Under the pieces are notes generated by a model. It did no database searches. It saw nothing but the letters and a program-made list of their open reading frames with translations, and was not told where the DNA came from. A program made the position numbers and the translations under genes. 64,000 bases of DNA, taken from the NCBI GenBank assembly GCA_004431415.1, contig QPMI01000283.1:7789-71788 (forward strand), written 5' to 3'. This stretch comes from Cyanophora paradoxa CCMP329. Lineage: Eukaryota; Plantae; Glaucophyta. Of this stretch, positions 1 through 10,150 are shown in pieces. The first letter of the stretch is position 1. Every line of letters begins with the position of its first letter.

Positions 1-3000
1 GCACGTCACCGGCACCAGCCACTCCGTGTACGAGCTCCGCTGCGCCCCGCGCCCCGCCACCTCACCCCGCCGCCCCCGCGGCCCAGGGGCGCGCCGGGTC
101 CCCCTCCGACCCCCGAGCACCTCAACGTGGATCTCACGGAACTGCGGGGGCGGCGGGTGAGGGGCGGCGGCAGCTGGGGGCGGGGCGGGGGGGCGGACGA
201 CGAAGCTGGGCTCGTTGGTGAACTGCATGTTGCGGTTGCGGTTGCGCTGCAGGAACTCCGCGTCGTACACGAAGACCTTGATCTGCCCCCGCCCCCGCCC
301 CCTCGCCCCTGCTGGCCGGCCCCGCGTGCGCGGGGCCCCGGCGCACGACGGTCCCCGTGTAGACCTGTTTGTCGTACTTGATGCGCACCTGCGCGGCGCC
401 GGCGCTCGAGGGCGGCCCCCTGCGGCGCCCCCGGCCCCCTCGCCCCGCGCCCCACCCGCACCTGCTCCTGCCCCTTGATCCTGCCGGAGGACGGGGCCGG
501 TGAGGGGCGGGGGGCAGGGAGGGGCGAAGGGGCGGGGCGGGGCACTTGATCTTGCCGCAGGCGGCCCACTCGACGACGCGGCCGATGGTCTCCTCCTCGC
601 GCTTCGGGGGGATGGCGTAGCGGAAGGGCTCGAGCTCCCTCCCCGCCGAGACCTCGTCGTCGAGCGCGTGCCACGCCTTCAGCCGCTCCCGGAACTCCTT
701 GTACAGCTCCTTGTACCTGCCGCCCCGCCCCCCGCCGTGAGGCGCGGGACGCGGGGCCGGCGGGGCGGTGGGGCGGGGCGGACAGGGGGCTCTTGGTGTC
801 GGTGGAGCAGAGGGCGGCGGACTCGGCGGTCTCGGCGAGCTGGGTCTTGTGGCAGGTCGGCTCGACGGTGCGGGAGACGAAGAGGAAGCCCTTGACGCGG
901 TCCCAGCAGTCCGCCGGCAGCGTCACCTCGTCGTTCCGCTTCACGTCCCGCTTTGGCCGCTCCATAAAGGCCAGCCGCGCGGTCGCCTGCTTCGAGGCGT
1001 TGAGGGGCGGCATGCAGCGCCCCTGCCACACCACCGTGAGGCCCGGCGTCATCCCCGCCGGCATGCTCTCCTTGTTGCGCCGCACGGGGTAGTACACGAG
1101 CGCCAGCTGCGCCCGCACCGCCCGCTGCTCCCCCGTGTCCCGGTCCTTCACCGGCACCTCGATCGTCCGCTCCCAGCGCAGCCTGCGCCCCGTCGGCCAC
1201 TCCCCGGGGCGGCGCCGGTCGCGCGGCGTCGCGGCGCGCACTCCTTGTCGCCCTGGCGGGCGAGGCCGTCGGAGGGCCCCGCCTCGGCCTCCGCCGGGGG
1301 GAAGAAGGCCTCGTGCAGCTGCCGCACCTGCGGGGCCGGCCGGTCAGCGGGGCCGGCGGGCGAGGGGGCGGGGCGGGCGGGGAGGGCCTCGTTGTTGAAG
1401 GCGGCGTCGGAGAGGGGCACGCGGGGGTCCTTCTCCCGCTCCTCCGCCTCGCGCTCGTCGGGGGCCGCCCCCTCGGGCCCGAAGACGTACCGCCGCGTGC
1501 GCCGCTCCGTCTCGCCGTTCGGGAGCAGCTCGTCGTCGTACTCCACGATCGAGAGGCTGATCGGCGTGAAGGCCCCGCCCAGCTCCCCCGGCCCCCGCCG
1601 CGGGTCCCCCTTGAACCCGCCTGGCCCCGCCCCGCCCCCTCGCCGCCCGGCAGACCGAGGAGGCGCGGCGGCGCGCGGCACCGTGCAGGTAGAAGTGGTA
1701 GACCTCGGAGAGGAAGCGGTGCACCTGCCGCGCGGGGCCACGGGGTGAGAGGGGCGGCGGGGCGGGGCCGGCGGGGGCGGGGCGCCTGCTCGCGGTCGCG
1801 CAGGTACTCCTCGAGCTTCTCCTGCGAGACCTCCCGGATCTGCGGCGGCGGCGCGGCGCGCTCGGCGGGGCGGCTGGGTGCTGGGCGCGGGCGGGGGGGC
1901 GGGCCTCGATGTGGGTGAAGGAGCCCTCGGTCTTCTCCTCCTCGCTCGCCTCCGTCGACTCGAAGTCCGCCTCGTGCCGCTCCGTCCCCTCCATCTCCCG
2001 CTGCCCGCCCCGCTCCCTCACCGCGGCAGAGGCGCGGGGCGGGGGGGCGCGGACGAGGCTCATGGTGACGTGGTTGATGCGGTCGCTCTGGGGGACCTTG
2101 CTGCCGATCTTCACCACCGGCCCCAGGTAGAACATCGCCGTCTGCGCCCCCGCCGCGCCCCCGGTCACCCCCCCCGGGCCTGCGAGGGGCCGGGGGGGCG
2201 GGGCGGGCCTTGGCGCCGACGCCGTAGCGGGAGAGGGCCGAGTCCATGTAGTACTTGTGCTGCTCCTCCGCGTCCCGCACCTGCCCCCCGCCTTGAGCGC
2301 CCCGCCCCCGCCGCCCCCCGCCCCCGCCGGAGCCCGCGCGCACGTCTGGCTGCACGTTCTTCTTGATGTTCATGCTCTTGCCGAGCTTCGCGAAGTTGCG
2401 GATCTCCTCCTCGCTCATGCCCCAGCCGTTGTCGGCGATCTCGAGGGTGCGGCTGGTGCGGTCGATGCGGACCTCGATGAGGCGGTCCTTGTTGTGGTTC
2501 GCCTTGGTCGCCTCCACGCTGTTGTCGATGAGCTCCGTCAGCGCGAACGTGAAGTTGAGGTCCTTCGTCAGGTTCCGGTACAGGTCCGTCGACGGCACCG
2601 TCTGCGCCCCGCCCCCCGCCCCCTCACGCCCCACCCCATCCACGGCCACCCCCGGGCCCGCCCGCGCCACCCACCTCGATGCGCTCGCGGAACGTGTCCC
2701 CTGGTTCCACGGCCCGTCAGGCGCGGCGGGCAGAGCGAGGGGCTGCATGGCGCCGGCACCGTGGCGGCCGGCGGTGACCTTCGTGATGCGGAGAACGGCG
2801 GCCCCGAGGAAGTCGTGCGCCTGCAGGAGGCGCCAGCGCTCGTCGCGCAGCTGCATCTCCTGCGCGGCGGTGAGCGGCGGCAGGCTCGGCAGACGGGCCG
2901 GCTCCAGCCGGCGGCCGCGCGCACATCGGCGGGAATCCCCGTCAAATAACATGCGTGGTTGAGCAGCCGCCCGTACGGGTCCGTCTCGTTCTCGTTGATC

Positions 3001-3258
3001 TTATACGCGTCGCACACATTAAGGGCATCCGCGGCGCTGCCAGCGGGCCGATACCACAGGCGGATTTCATGTTCGACCCAGCCTGCGTTGCGCCATGAGC
3101 ATCGAGCTGGCCAAGACCGCTGACGGCACGTTCGCCCCGCCCGCGAGCGCGAGCCGCCGCGTCGGGCCCCGGCGGAAGCGCGAACCTGGGGGCGGAGCCG
3201 GCGGCGCCACTTCTCTCGCGCCTCCCGACGAGCGCTTCTTTACCGAGTCGCGCGCCAT
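1..3258 (-). CDS. SMCHD1: SMCHD1-like GHKL ATPase (multi-exon; 3' part runs off the left edge of the window)
   Basis: Spliced translation has GHKL motifs FALTELIDNSVEAT, IADNGWGMS, LSRYGVGAKTAMFYLG and GSFTHIEI, plus SMCHD1-type downstream blocks LSEVYHFYLHG, WQGRCMP and DCWDRVKGFLF. ATG at 3258 (MARDSVKKR). No SMC hinge is visible within the window. Confidence 0.75.
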
Positions 3259-3425
3259 GTCGCGCTGACGTCGGACGAGCACTCGCCGGTTGAGAACGCC
3301 GCCTAACGGGAGCGGGGACCACGCCGAGCTCCCACAACGATTCTGCAGCGAGCCAGCTAGCCTGCAGCGGGCTCGCGCCACTTTAGGGGGGGTACGCGAC
3401 GCTCAGGGTTCGATTACGCCGCGCG

Positions 3426-5531
3426 ATGTCGCGCATGGGCAACATTCTGCGCCACAGAATCCGCCATTTTCTGCGCCGCAGAGCGATTTTCATTGCACTC
3501 GTGCTCACCGCGGCGCTGCTAGCCACCTTTACTCTCCTGCCTGACGCGTTCGCCGGCCACGGCTTGCAGCGAAGCGACGCCCGCCGGCTCTATGCGGCCG
3601 CCGCCCGCGAGAGCCTCGGCGCGCCGGGACGCGATGCGCAGCCGGCAGCGCTTTCCACGCTAGCGCTGCCCGCCTCGTTCCTTGCCGGCCTCGCCAACGC
3701 GCGCCTCCTCTCGCCGGAGTCGCCCCCTCCGCTCGATGACATTCACAGATCCAGGTCTCTATTTCTTCTCGTCGCCCTCCGTATCGGGCCGCTCTGAACT
3801 CTGTGCGCAGAGTTTTAAACGGGGATGGGTGGGAGAGCGTCAAGTCCCTCTGCCCTGGAGAGGCGAGAGCGTCCGCTCCCCTGCCAGCTTATCGCGCTCG
3901 ACGCCGCCCCGGGCGCAGGAGAACTGCGTGGGTCCCGACACGAAGGTGCGCGTCGCCCCTGTGAGTGGCCGGCTGGGCCGGCGCCTCACCCTCTGTCGCA
4001 GGTGCTCATGAACACGACCATCGGAGGGGCGCTACCCGCTCCCATCACCATGGTGCCCTCGCGCCCCGCGGGGTGGCTCGGGGCCGCTGGCGACGGCCCT
4101 CGCGCCGCGACGGCGGGCAGGTGGTGCGGCGGCCGTCGGCGGTGGTCTGGGTGCAGGACAACCTCGCGAGGGAGCAGCTCATGTACCGGCGCGCCCGGCC
4201 CGCCGACGCCAGTTCCGGGCCGGCGGGGGCGACGGGGGCGGGGCAGGATCATGCTGGCGGCTGCGCGGCGCTACGGCGGCATCGTGCTCGACGTCGGGGC
4301 CAACCACGGCGCTTTCAGGTGCCCCGCCGCGCCGCGCCGCGCCGCGCCGCGCCGCGGGGGCTCGCGGGGCTGAGCGGGGTGCAGCCTGGCGGCGGGGCGG
4401 CGGGGGTGCCGGCGGTGGCGGTGGAGCTGCAGGGGGACATGGCGGGGCTGGTGGAGCAGGCGGGGCCCTCAACGGCCTCCACGGCCGCCTCGCCGTCGTC
4501 CAGCGCGCCGTGGCGGAGGGCCCCGAGCGGCCCGTCGAGGTCTCCTCCGACGTCGGCGACGACGGCGGCGTCGCCGCCATCGACGAGACCGCCGCCCAGC
4601 GCCGCAAGCGCCGCGCCGAGCGCCGCGGCCGCGAAGGGTCCGGCCCCGCCCCGCGCCCCGCACGCCCGTCCGGCGCCGGCCTGACGTACGCCGGCAGCAG
4701 GGCGGTGACTTCCATCGAGGCGCGCCCCGCCCGCCCGGGCGCCGCGCCACGCACCCGGCCCCGCTGAGCCGGCGCGCCGGCAGCTGAGCGACCTGCTCCC
4801 GCCGGACTTCGGCCGCGTCGCCTTCCTGGCCCGCCCGCCCGCCGCGCTCGGGCGGGGCGCGCGCCTCGAGCTCAGCCCCGCGCAGAAGGTGGACGTCGAG
4901 GGCTTCGAGGTCCCCGCCCTCCGCTCCGCCCACCGCCTCTTCCACCGCCGCGCCGGCCCGCCCCGCCCCGCCCGCCCGCCGGCCGGCCCCCGCGGGGGTG
5001 GTGAGGCGGGGCAGTGGGGAGCGGGGTGGTGGAGTTCGGGCCGCCCTCGCGGTGGTGCGCGCGGCGCTCGTCGGGGAGGGGGAGGCGCTCCGCGAGCTCG
5101 CCGCCCTCCGCTCCTTCGGCTTCCAGGCCCGCCCCCGCCCCGGCCCCCGCCCCGCCCCCGCCCCCGCCCGACCCCGCCCCCGCAGCTGCGCGTCCTCCCC
5201 TCCCTCGGCTACGCCGCCGTGCTCGAGGAGCTGCGCGCCGCCGCCGCCGACGAGCCCTCCAACGCGGAGCTCCGGTACCCGCCCCAGCCCCTCACCCCGG
5301 CGCCGGCCTCGCGACCCGAAGGGGCGGCTGGCCAGGGAGAGCGCGCGGGAGCGGGAGGAGGCGGGGATTGCGGGGGCGACGTACCTGCTGCTCGCCGGCG
5401 AGGCGGCTGACCGCGTGCGCGCCTCCCGCCGCGCCAGCGCCCGCCGGCGGCGTGCGAGGCGGGGGCAGGCGCTGCTGGAGGGGATGCACGCCGCCGACAA
5501 GGAGGTCTACCTCTGGCTCGTCGCCCCCTGA
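3426..5531 (+). CDS. FkbM-family SAM methyltransferase with N-terminal membrane anchor (multi-exon)
   Basis: N-terminal hydrophobic stretch IFIALVLTAALLATFTLL; motifs IVLDVGANHGAF, AVAVELQ and KVDVEGFEVPAL are typical of FkbM/Methyltransf_21. Confidence 0.75.
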
Positions 5532-5799
5532 GCCGCCCCCGCCGCCCTCAGCCGCCCCCCTCGCCCACCCCGACCCCCCCACCCCCCACCCACCCATCCC
5601 CCGACCCCCAACCGAGCACCGAGAACCGGGCGCCGAGCACCGTCGACGTTACTTTTCAGTCGAAAGAAGCAGGTCTGCGAGGGCCGCAGACGGGCGAGCC
5701 GCGCCGGAGCGAGGAGGGAGGCGAGCGCGGCGAGGAGAAGGGCTAGAGGGCTGGGCGCGGCAGGGGAGGGGGCCCGAGCGGGGCCCCGGGGCGGGGCGG

Positions 5800-6505
5800 T
5801 CAGGCGATGCCGAAGTACTGGAGGACGAGCTCCTCGCTGGGGTGCGTGTTCCGCACCTCGTGCCGCTCCAGCGGCTGCCCACCCCTTACGCTCTCGGCCC
5901 CGGCGCGCGGGCGGGGCGGGGCGGGGGGACCTTGACGGTGACGCAGGTGCCGGGCCGGAGCTCGATGGCGACGCCGTCCACGCTGATCTCCCCCGCCCCC
6001 GCCACGCAGAAGAACACCTCGTGCATGTCCTGGCCCCGGCCCCCGCAAGCTCGCCGCCCCCGTGCGCCCAGCCTGGCAGCCTCGGCCGCGGCGGCGCCGG
6101 CCGCGGCGGACCTTGTGCACGTGCTCCTTCGCAACCTGGCCCGGCTGCAGCCTCGACCGCGCGTAGTTCGTCTGCGCCGACAGCCCCGGCCCCGGCGCAG
6201 AGCGCACAGCTTAGCTCCCGCGCGGCTCGCTCCAGCGCGTAGCTGCAGCGGACCAGGTGAGGGACGACTCCATTTCGAATCAGCGTCTTCTTCGGGATCC
6301 CGTCGCCGTGAGAGACGACCTCGGTGGGCAAATCTACGGCAGCTAGCGCTCAGCTGCGCGTCACTGCGGCCGCGCACTATGGGATTCGATCCACCCGAAT
6401 TCGGGAGCGTCGCGTCGGCGCCGCGCCGTGAATCTTGACGGAGCGCGACGGTGCGCGACAGGGCGGGGCGCGTCGCGCACCTTCAAGGTTCACAACGTCT
6501 GGCAT
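5800..6505 (-). CDS. Small cupin-domain protein (multi-exon)
   Basis: Spliced: MPDVVNLE|DLPTEVVSHGDGIPKKTLIRNGVVPHL|TNYARSRLQPGQVAKEHVHK|DMHEVFFCVAGAGEISVDG...PGTCVTVK|PLERHEVRN...YFGIA*. Metal-binding HxH...E...H cupin signature. Confidence 0.85.
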
Positions 6506-6530
6506 GGAGGGTAGCGTCGCGGAGTGCAGC

Positions 6531-6536
6531 TATATA
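6531..6536. promoter_or_regulatory. TATATA element in the 130-bp divergent region between the cupin and SERRATE genes
   Basis: Palindromic TATATA in otherwise GC-rich DNA between two head-to-head start codons; function inferred only from position. Confidence 0.3.
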
Positions 6537-6634
6537 GGCGCTGTGGTTTGGATCAGCGCGGACAGCGTACCCGGCGGGCGGGGATACACGGAAGAAGCAA
6601 AGTCAGGCGCCGGTAGGAAGCGAACTCGGCAGAC

Positions 6635-9474
6635 ATGGAACGCTCGCCGAGGCGCTCGCGTTCGAGGAGCTTCAGCCCTCGGAAGCGGCGGCGCGACAGC
6701 CCAGACTACACTCGCGGCGGCACCGACGACCGCGGACGGCGGAGCCCGCCGCCCGGCCCTCCCCCGGAGCGTGGAGGAAGCCCTCCTCGCGGGCGCGGCC
6801 CTCCGCGTTACGACGACTTCCGCGGCGGAGGCTATGACCGGCGCGATCCGCCGCCGTACAAGCGCATTCGACGAGACGATTACGGCGGTCCTCCGCGTGA
6901 CTGGTGAGTTGATTTCGTTGACAGCGCGTCTAGCTACTCCCGCCTCGAGCGCCGAGGAATGGCCGATGGCCGCCGCCGCCGGGCTTTCACGAGCGCGCCG
7001 GCGGTCTGCATGCTCAAGGAATCGCGAATCTCGAACTCTGCGTGGCGCTCAAAAAGCGCTGACCGCGACCTTCCCGCAGGGATCCCGGCTACGACGATTA
7101 CAGGGGCCGTGGCCCGCCACCCGGCTACGACCGCGGCCCGCCGCCGTACGGCCCCCCTCCGGATCGGTACGGACCGCCCCCGGACCGCTACGACGATCGG
7201 TACGGCCCGCGCGGGCCGCCCGACTTCTACGACGGTCCTCCTCGCGGCGACTTTCCGTACCGCGGCCGTGGCGGGCCCCCGATGCGGTTTGTCTCTTGTC
7301 TCTCCTTCCTTAATTCCTTTTCTGCGCGGTGGCGGGTCGCGGCGGGCGCGGCGTGACGCTGGGCGGGGGCAGGGGCGGGCCGGGGCGTGGCGGGCCGCGA
7401 GACGAGCCGATGACGTACAAGGAGTTCCTGCTGACGCAGGACGACAACATCACGCCGGCGGAGGCCGAGCGGCGGTACGGGGAGTACCAGGCGGAGCTGG
7501 GGCGGCGCGATTCGCGGCGCTTCTTCGTGGACCGGCGCGGGGACGAGTTCATGCGGGAGAAGTACGACCCGGAGTACCTCGAGCGCGCCCGCGCCGAGCG
7601 CGCCGAGCGCGCCCGGGCCGCCCGCGAGTCCTTCGCGGCGCGCCTCGCCGCCGGCGCCGCTTTCGCCTTCGACTACGACGGGCCCCTCGCCGCCTCCGCC
7701 CTCAAGCCCGCCCGCCCGCCTCCCAGGCCCCAAGCGTCCGCCCCCTCCGCCCCCGCGCCTTCGCCCGCCCCGCCCGACGCCGCGCAGCGGAGGGCGAGGA
7801 GAAGCCGCCGGCAGCGCCGGCGGAGGGCGAGGAGAAGTGCGCTGCGCGCGGGGCGCTGCGGGCGCTGGGGGCGGGCGGCTGATAGGGGGCGGCGTGGCGC
7901 AGGGCGGCGGCGGTGGCGGAGGGCCGGAGGAGGCGGGGCCGTACACGGTGGAGGTCCCGGAGCTGCCGCCGCACGTTCCCCGCGCCGAGCTCCGCGCCGC
8001 CCTGGAGGCCTGCGGGCGGCTGCTCCAGCTGCGGCTCGGGGCGCCGGTGAAGGCGCGCGGGTGGAGCCGGACGGCGCTGGCGACCTTCGAGGAGCGGGCG
8101 GGGATGGAGGCGGCGCTCGCCGCCCTCCCCGGCAAGGAGCTCAAGGGCTTCGCCCTCACCGCCGCCCCCTACCGCTGGCCCCCCACCGACGCCTCCGCCC
8201 CCGTCCTCCAGGAGCTCAAGGCCCGCCCCGCCCCGCCCCGCCCCGCCCCGGGCCCCCGCGGGGCTGAGGCGCCGCAGGTGGCGCCGTCGGTGGCGTCGGA
8301 GGCGGGGCGGGTGGAGAAGGACCTGGCGACGGCGCGCCGCCTGGTTGCGGCGCTGGACGGCGAGGCGGGGCTGGCGCCGCTGGAGGAGCTGGGGGCGGGG
8401 CCCGGGGAGGGCAAGGCGGCGCTCGACCGCCTCCTCGCCTACCTGCGGGAGGTCCACTGCTTCTGCCTCTACTGCGGCGAGCAGTTCGAGGACCCGGGCG
8501 AGCTGGCGCGTCCCCCGGCCCCGCCCTCCCCTCCGCCCCCGCCCTCCCCTCCGCCCCCGGCACCGGCGCCGGGGCTGACGGGCGGGCGTGCGCGGGCGCA
8601 GCTGGTGGGGTGCGGGCGGCAGCACGTGCGCAAGGTGAAGGCGGGGTTCGGGGAGAGCCTGGAGGGGGAGGCGGCGGCGGGGCAGAGCCCCTGGGAGCGC
8701 CGCGTCGACGAGGGCGCCGAGGCGCGCATCAAGCGCGTCGAGGCCGACTCCGCCGCCGCCGCCCGCCGCGCCGCCGCCGAAGAGAGATGCGCCCCACCCG
8801 CCCGACCCCCCGCCCGCCCCCGGGCCGCTCGCTCGGGCGGGGCGTCTTACCCGCGGGGGCGCACGGCGGTGGAGGGGTTCTGCGGGGAGAACACGAAGAT
8901 GGTGGAGGCGGAGAAGTACCGGTGCGTGCAGTGCACGAAGCTCTTCAAGGGGCCCGAGTTCGTGGGCAAGCACATCCGCAACAAGCACGAGGACAAGATC
9001 AACGAGCTCAAGGCCAAGGCCCGCCCCGCCCCGCCCCGCCACGCCCCGCTCCTCGTCGGGGGTTGACGGGCGCGGGGGCGGGGGCAGCTGCGGGAGGATG
9101 CGGCGGCGGAGGCGTACCTCGCGGACCCGCGCCGCCTGCTCCCCTCGGGCCTCCCCAACGACCCCGACGCCGCCCCCCGCCCCGAGCGCCCCGAGCGCCC
9201 CGAGCGCCCCGCGCACCGCGACTTCGTCCCGGCAGCGACCGCGAGTTCGGCCGCCCCGGCGGCTACCGCGGCCGGGCGGCGGCGGCTACCGCGGGGGGGC
9301 GGCGGCTTCCGGGGAGGGCGGGGCGGGCGGGGGCCGCCGGCGCTGGGGGGCCCGATCCCGCCGCGGGGCCCGGCGGACCCGCGTGCGGGGCGGCAGCGGG
9401 ACTACGTGGACCTCGACAACCTCGCCGAGGGCGACGTCGCCCCCCTCTCCCTCTCCTTCGGGGGCGCCCCCTGA
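6635..9474 (+). CDS. SRRT: SERRATE/ARS2 cap-binding-complex effector (multi-exon)
   Basis: RS/RD-rich N-terminus; MTYKEFLLTQDDNITPAEAERRYGEY...FMREKYDP; LDRLLAYLREVHCFCLYCG; C2H2 finger KYRCVQCTKLFKGPEFVGKHIRNKH; C-terminal DPR...DYVDLD. Apparent homopolymer frameshifts near 9230-9300. Confidence 0.92.
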
Positions 9475-9872
9475 GGCCCCCCCCCCCCCCCCCCCGCCCC
9501 CACCCGCCCCCCGGCCCGGGGCGCCCCCAGCACCCTCCCCTCTCTCTTTATCTCTCTCCCTCTCGAATGCCAATTCCTGCGTTCCCTCTCACGGGTCGGC
9601 TCACCATGGCCTCGCTCTGGTGTGAAGATGGGCGGGGAGCCCCCGCGGGACGACTCGCGATGACTCCGGCTCCCCAACTTGGGCGTGCGCGTGCACTGTG
9701 TTGGCCCACGCAAGGCGCGGCCCAGAGGGACAGGTAAACAGTGACGTGAGATCAAGAGCCCGCCCCTCCCCTCATGCATCGCCGCCGGGCGCGCGGGCCC
9801 GGGGTTGCACATGCGCGTCGGGGGTTCCACACGATGATCGGCACACGGATTTGAAAACCTAGGCCTGTGTGT

Positions 9873-9922
9873 GACATTTGAAAGAGAACTAGAGATCGAC
9901 ATTTGAAAGAGAACTGGGGATC
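9873..9922. repeat. Two-copy 25-bp tandem repeat
   Basis: gacatttgaaagagaactagagatc / gacatttgaaagagaactggggatc. Confidence 0.8.
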
Positions 9923-10150
9923 GAAAAAAGCATCATCACGCCGTGAAGGCATCTATAGGTAAAGCTGGTCTGCGAATTCGCGATCGGAGGCTTGACCTAG
10001 GCCTGCGGCCTTGAACTTGAAAGCTCAAGCATTAGAAGATGACTCTAGCTTCAAGGCTTGGCAGACTGGGCGGAACGATCGCGAGCAAATGTCGAAAATT
10101 GAAGCAAGATCGAAACACGTATGCACGTATGTACGCACACCCACAACTGG

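Noticed and set aside
8221-8277. Introns as introner-type mobile elements
   Set aside because: Similarity among introns is limited to low-complexity GCCCC/GGGGC runs and splice signals; I saw no shared unique core or target-site duplication.
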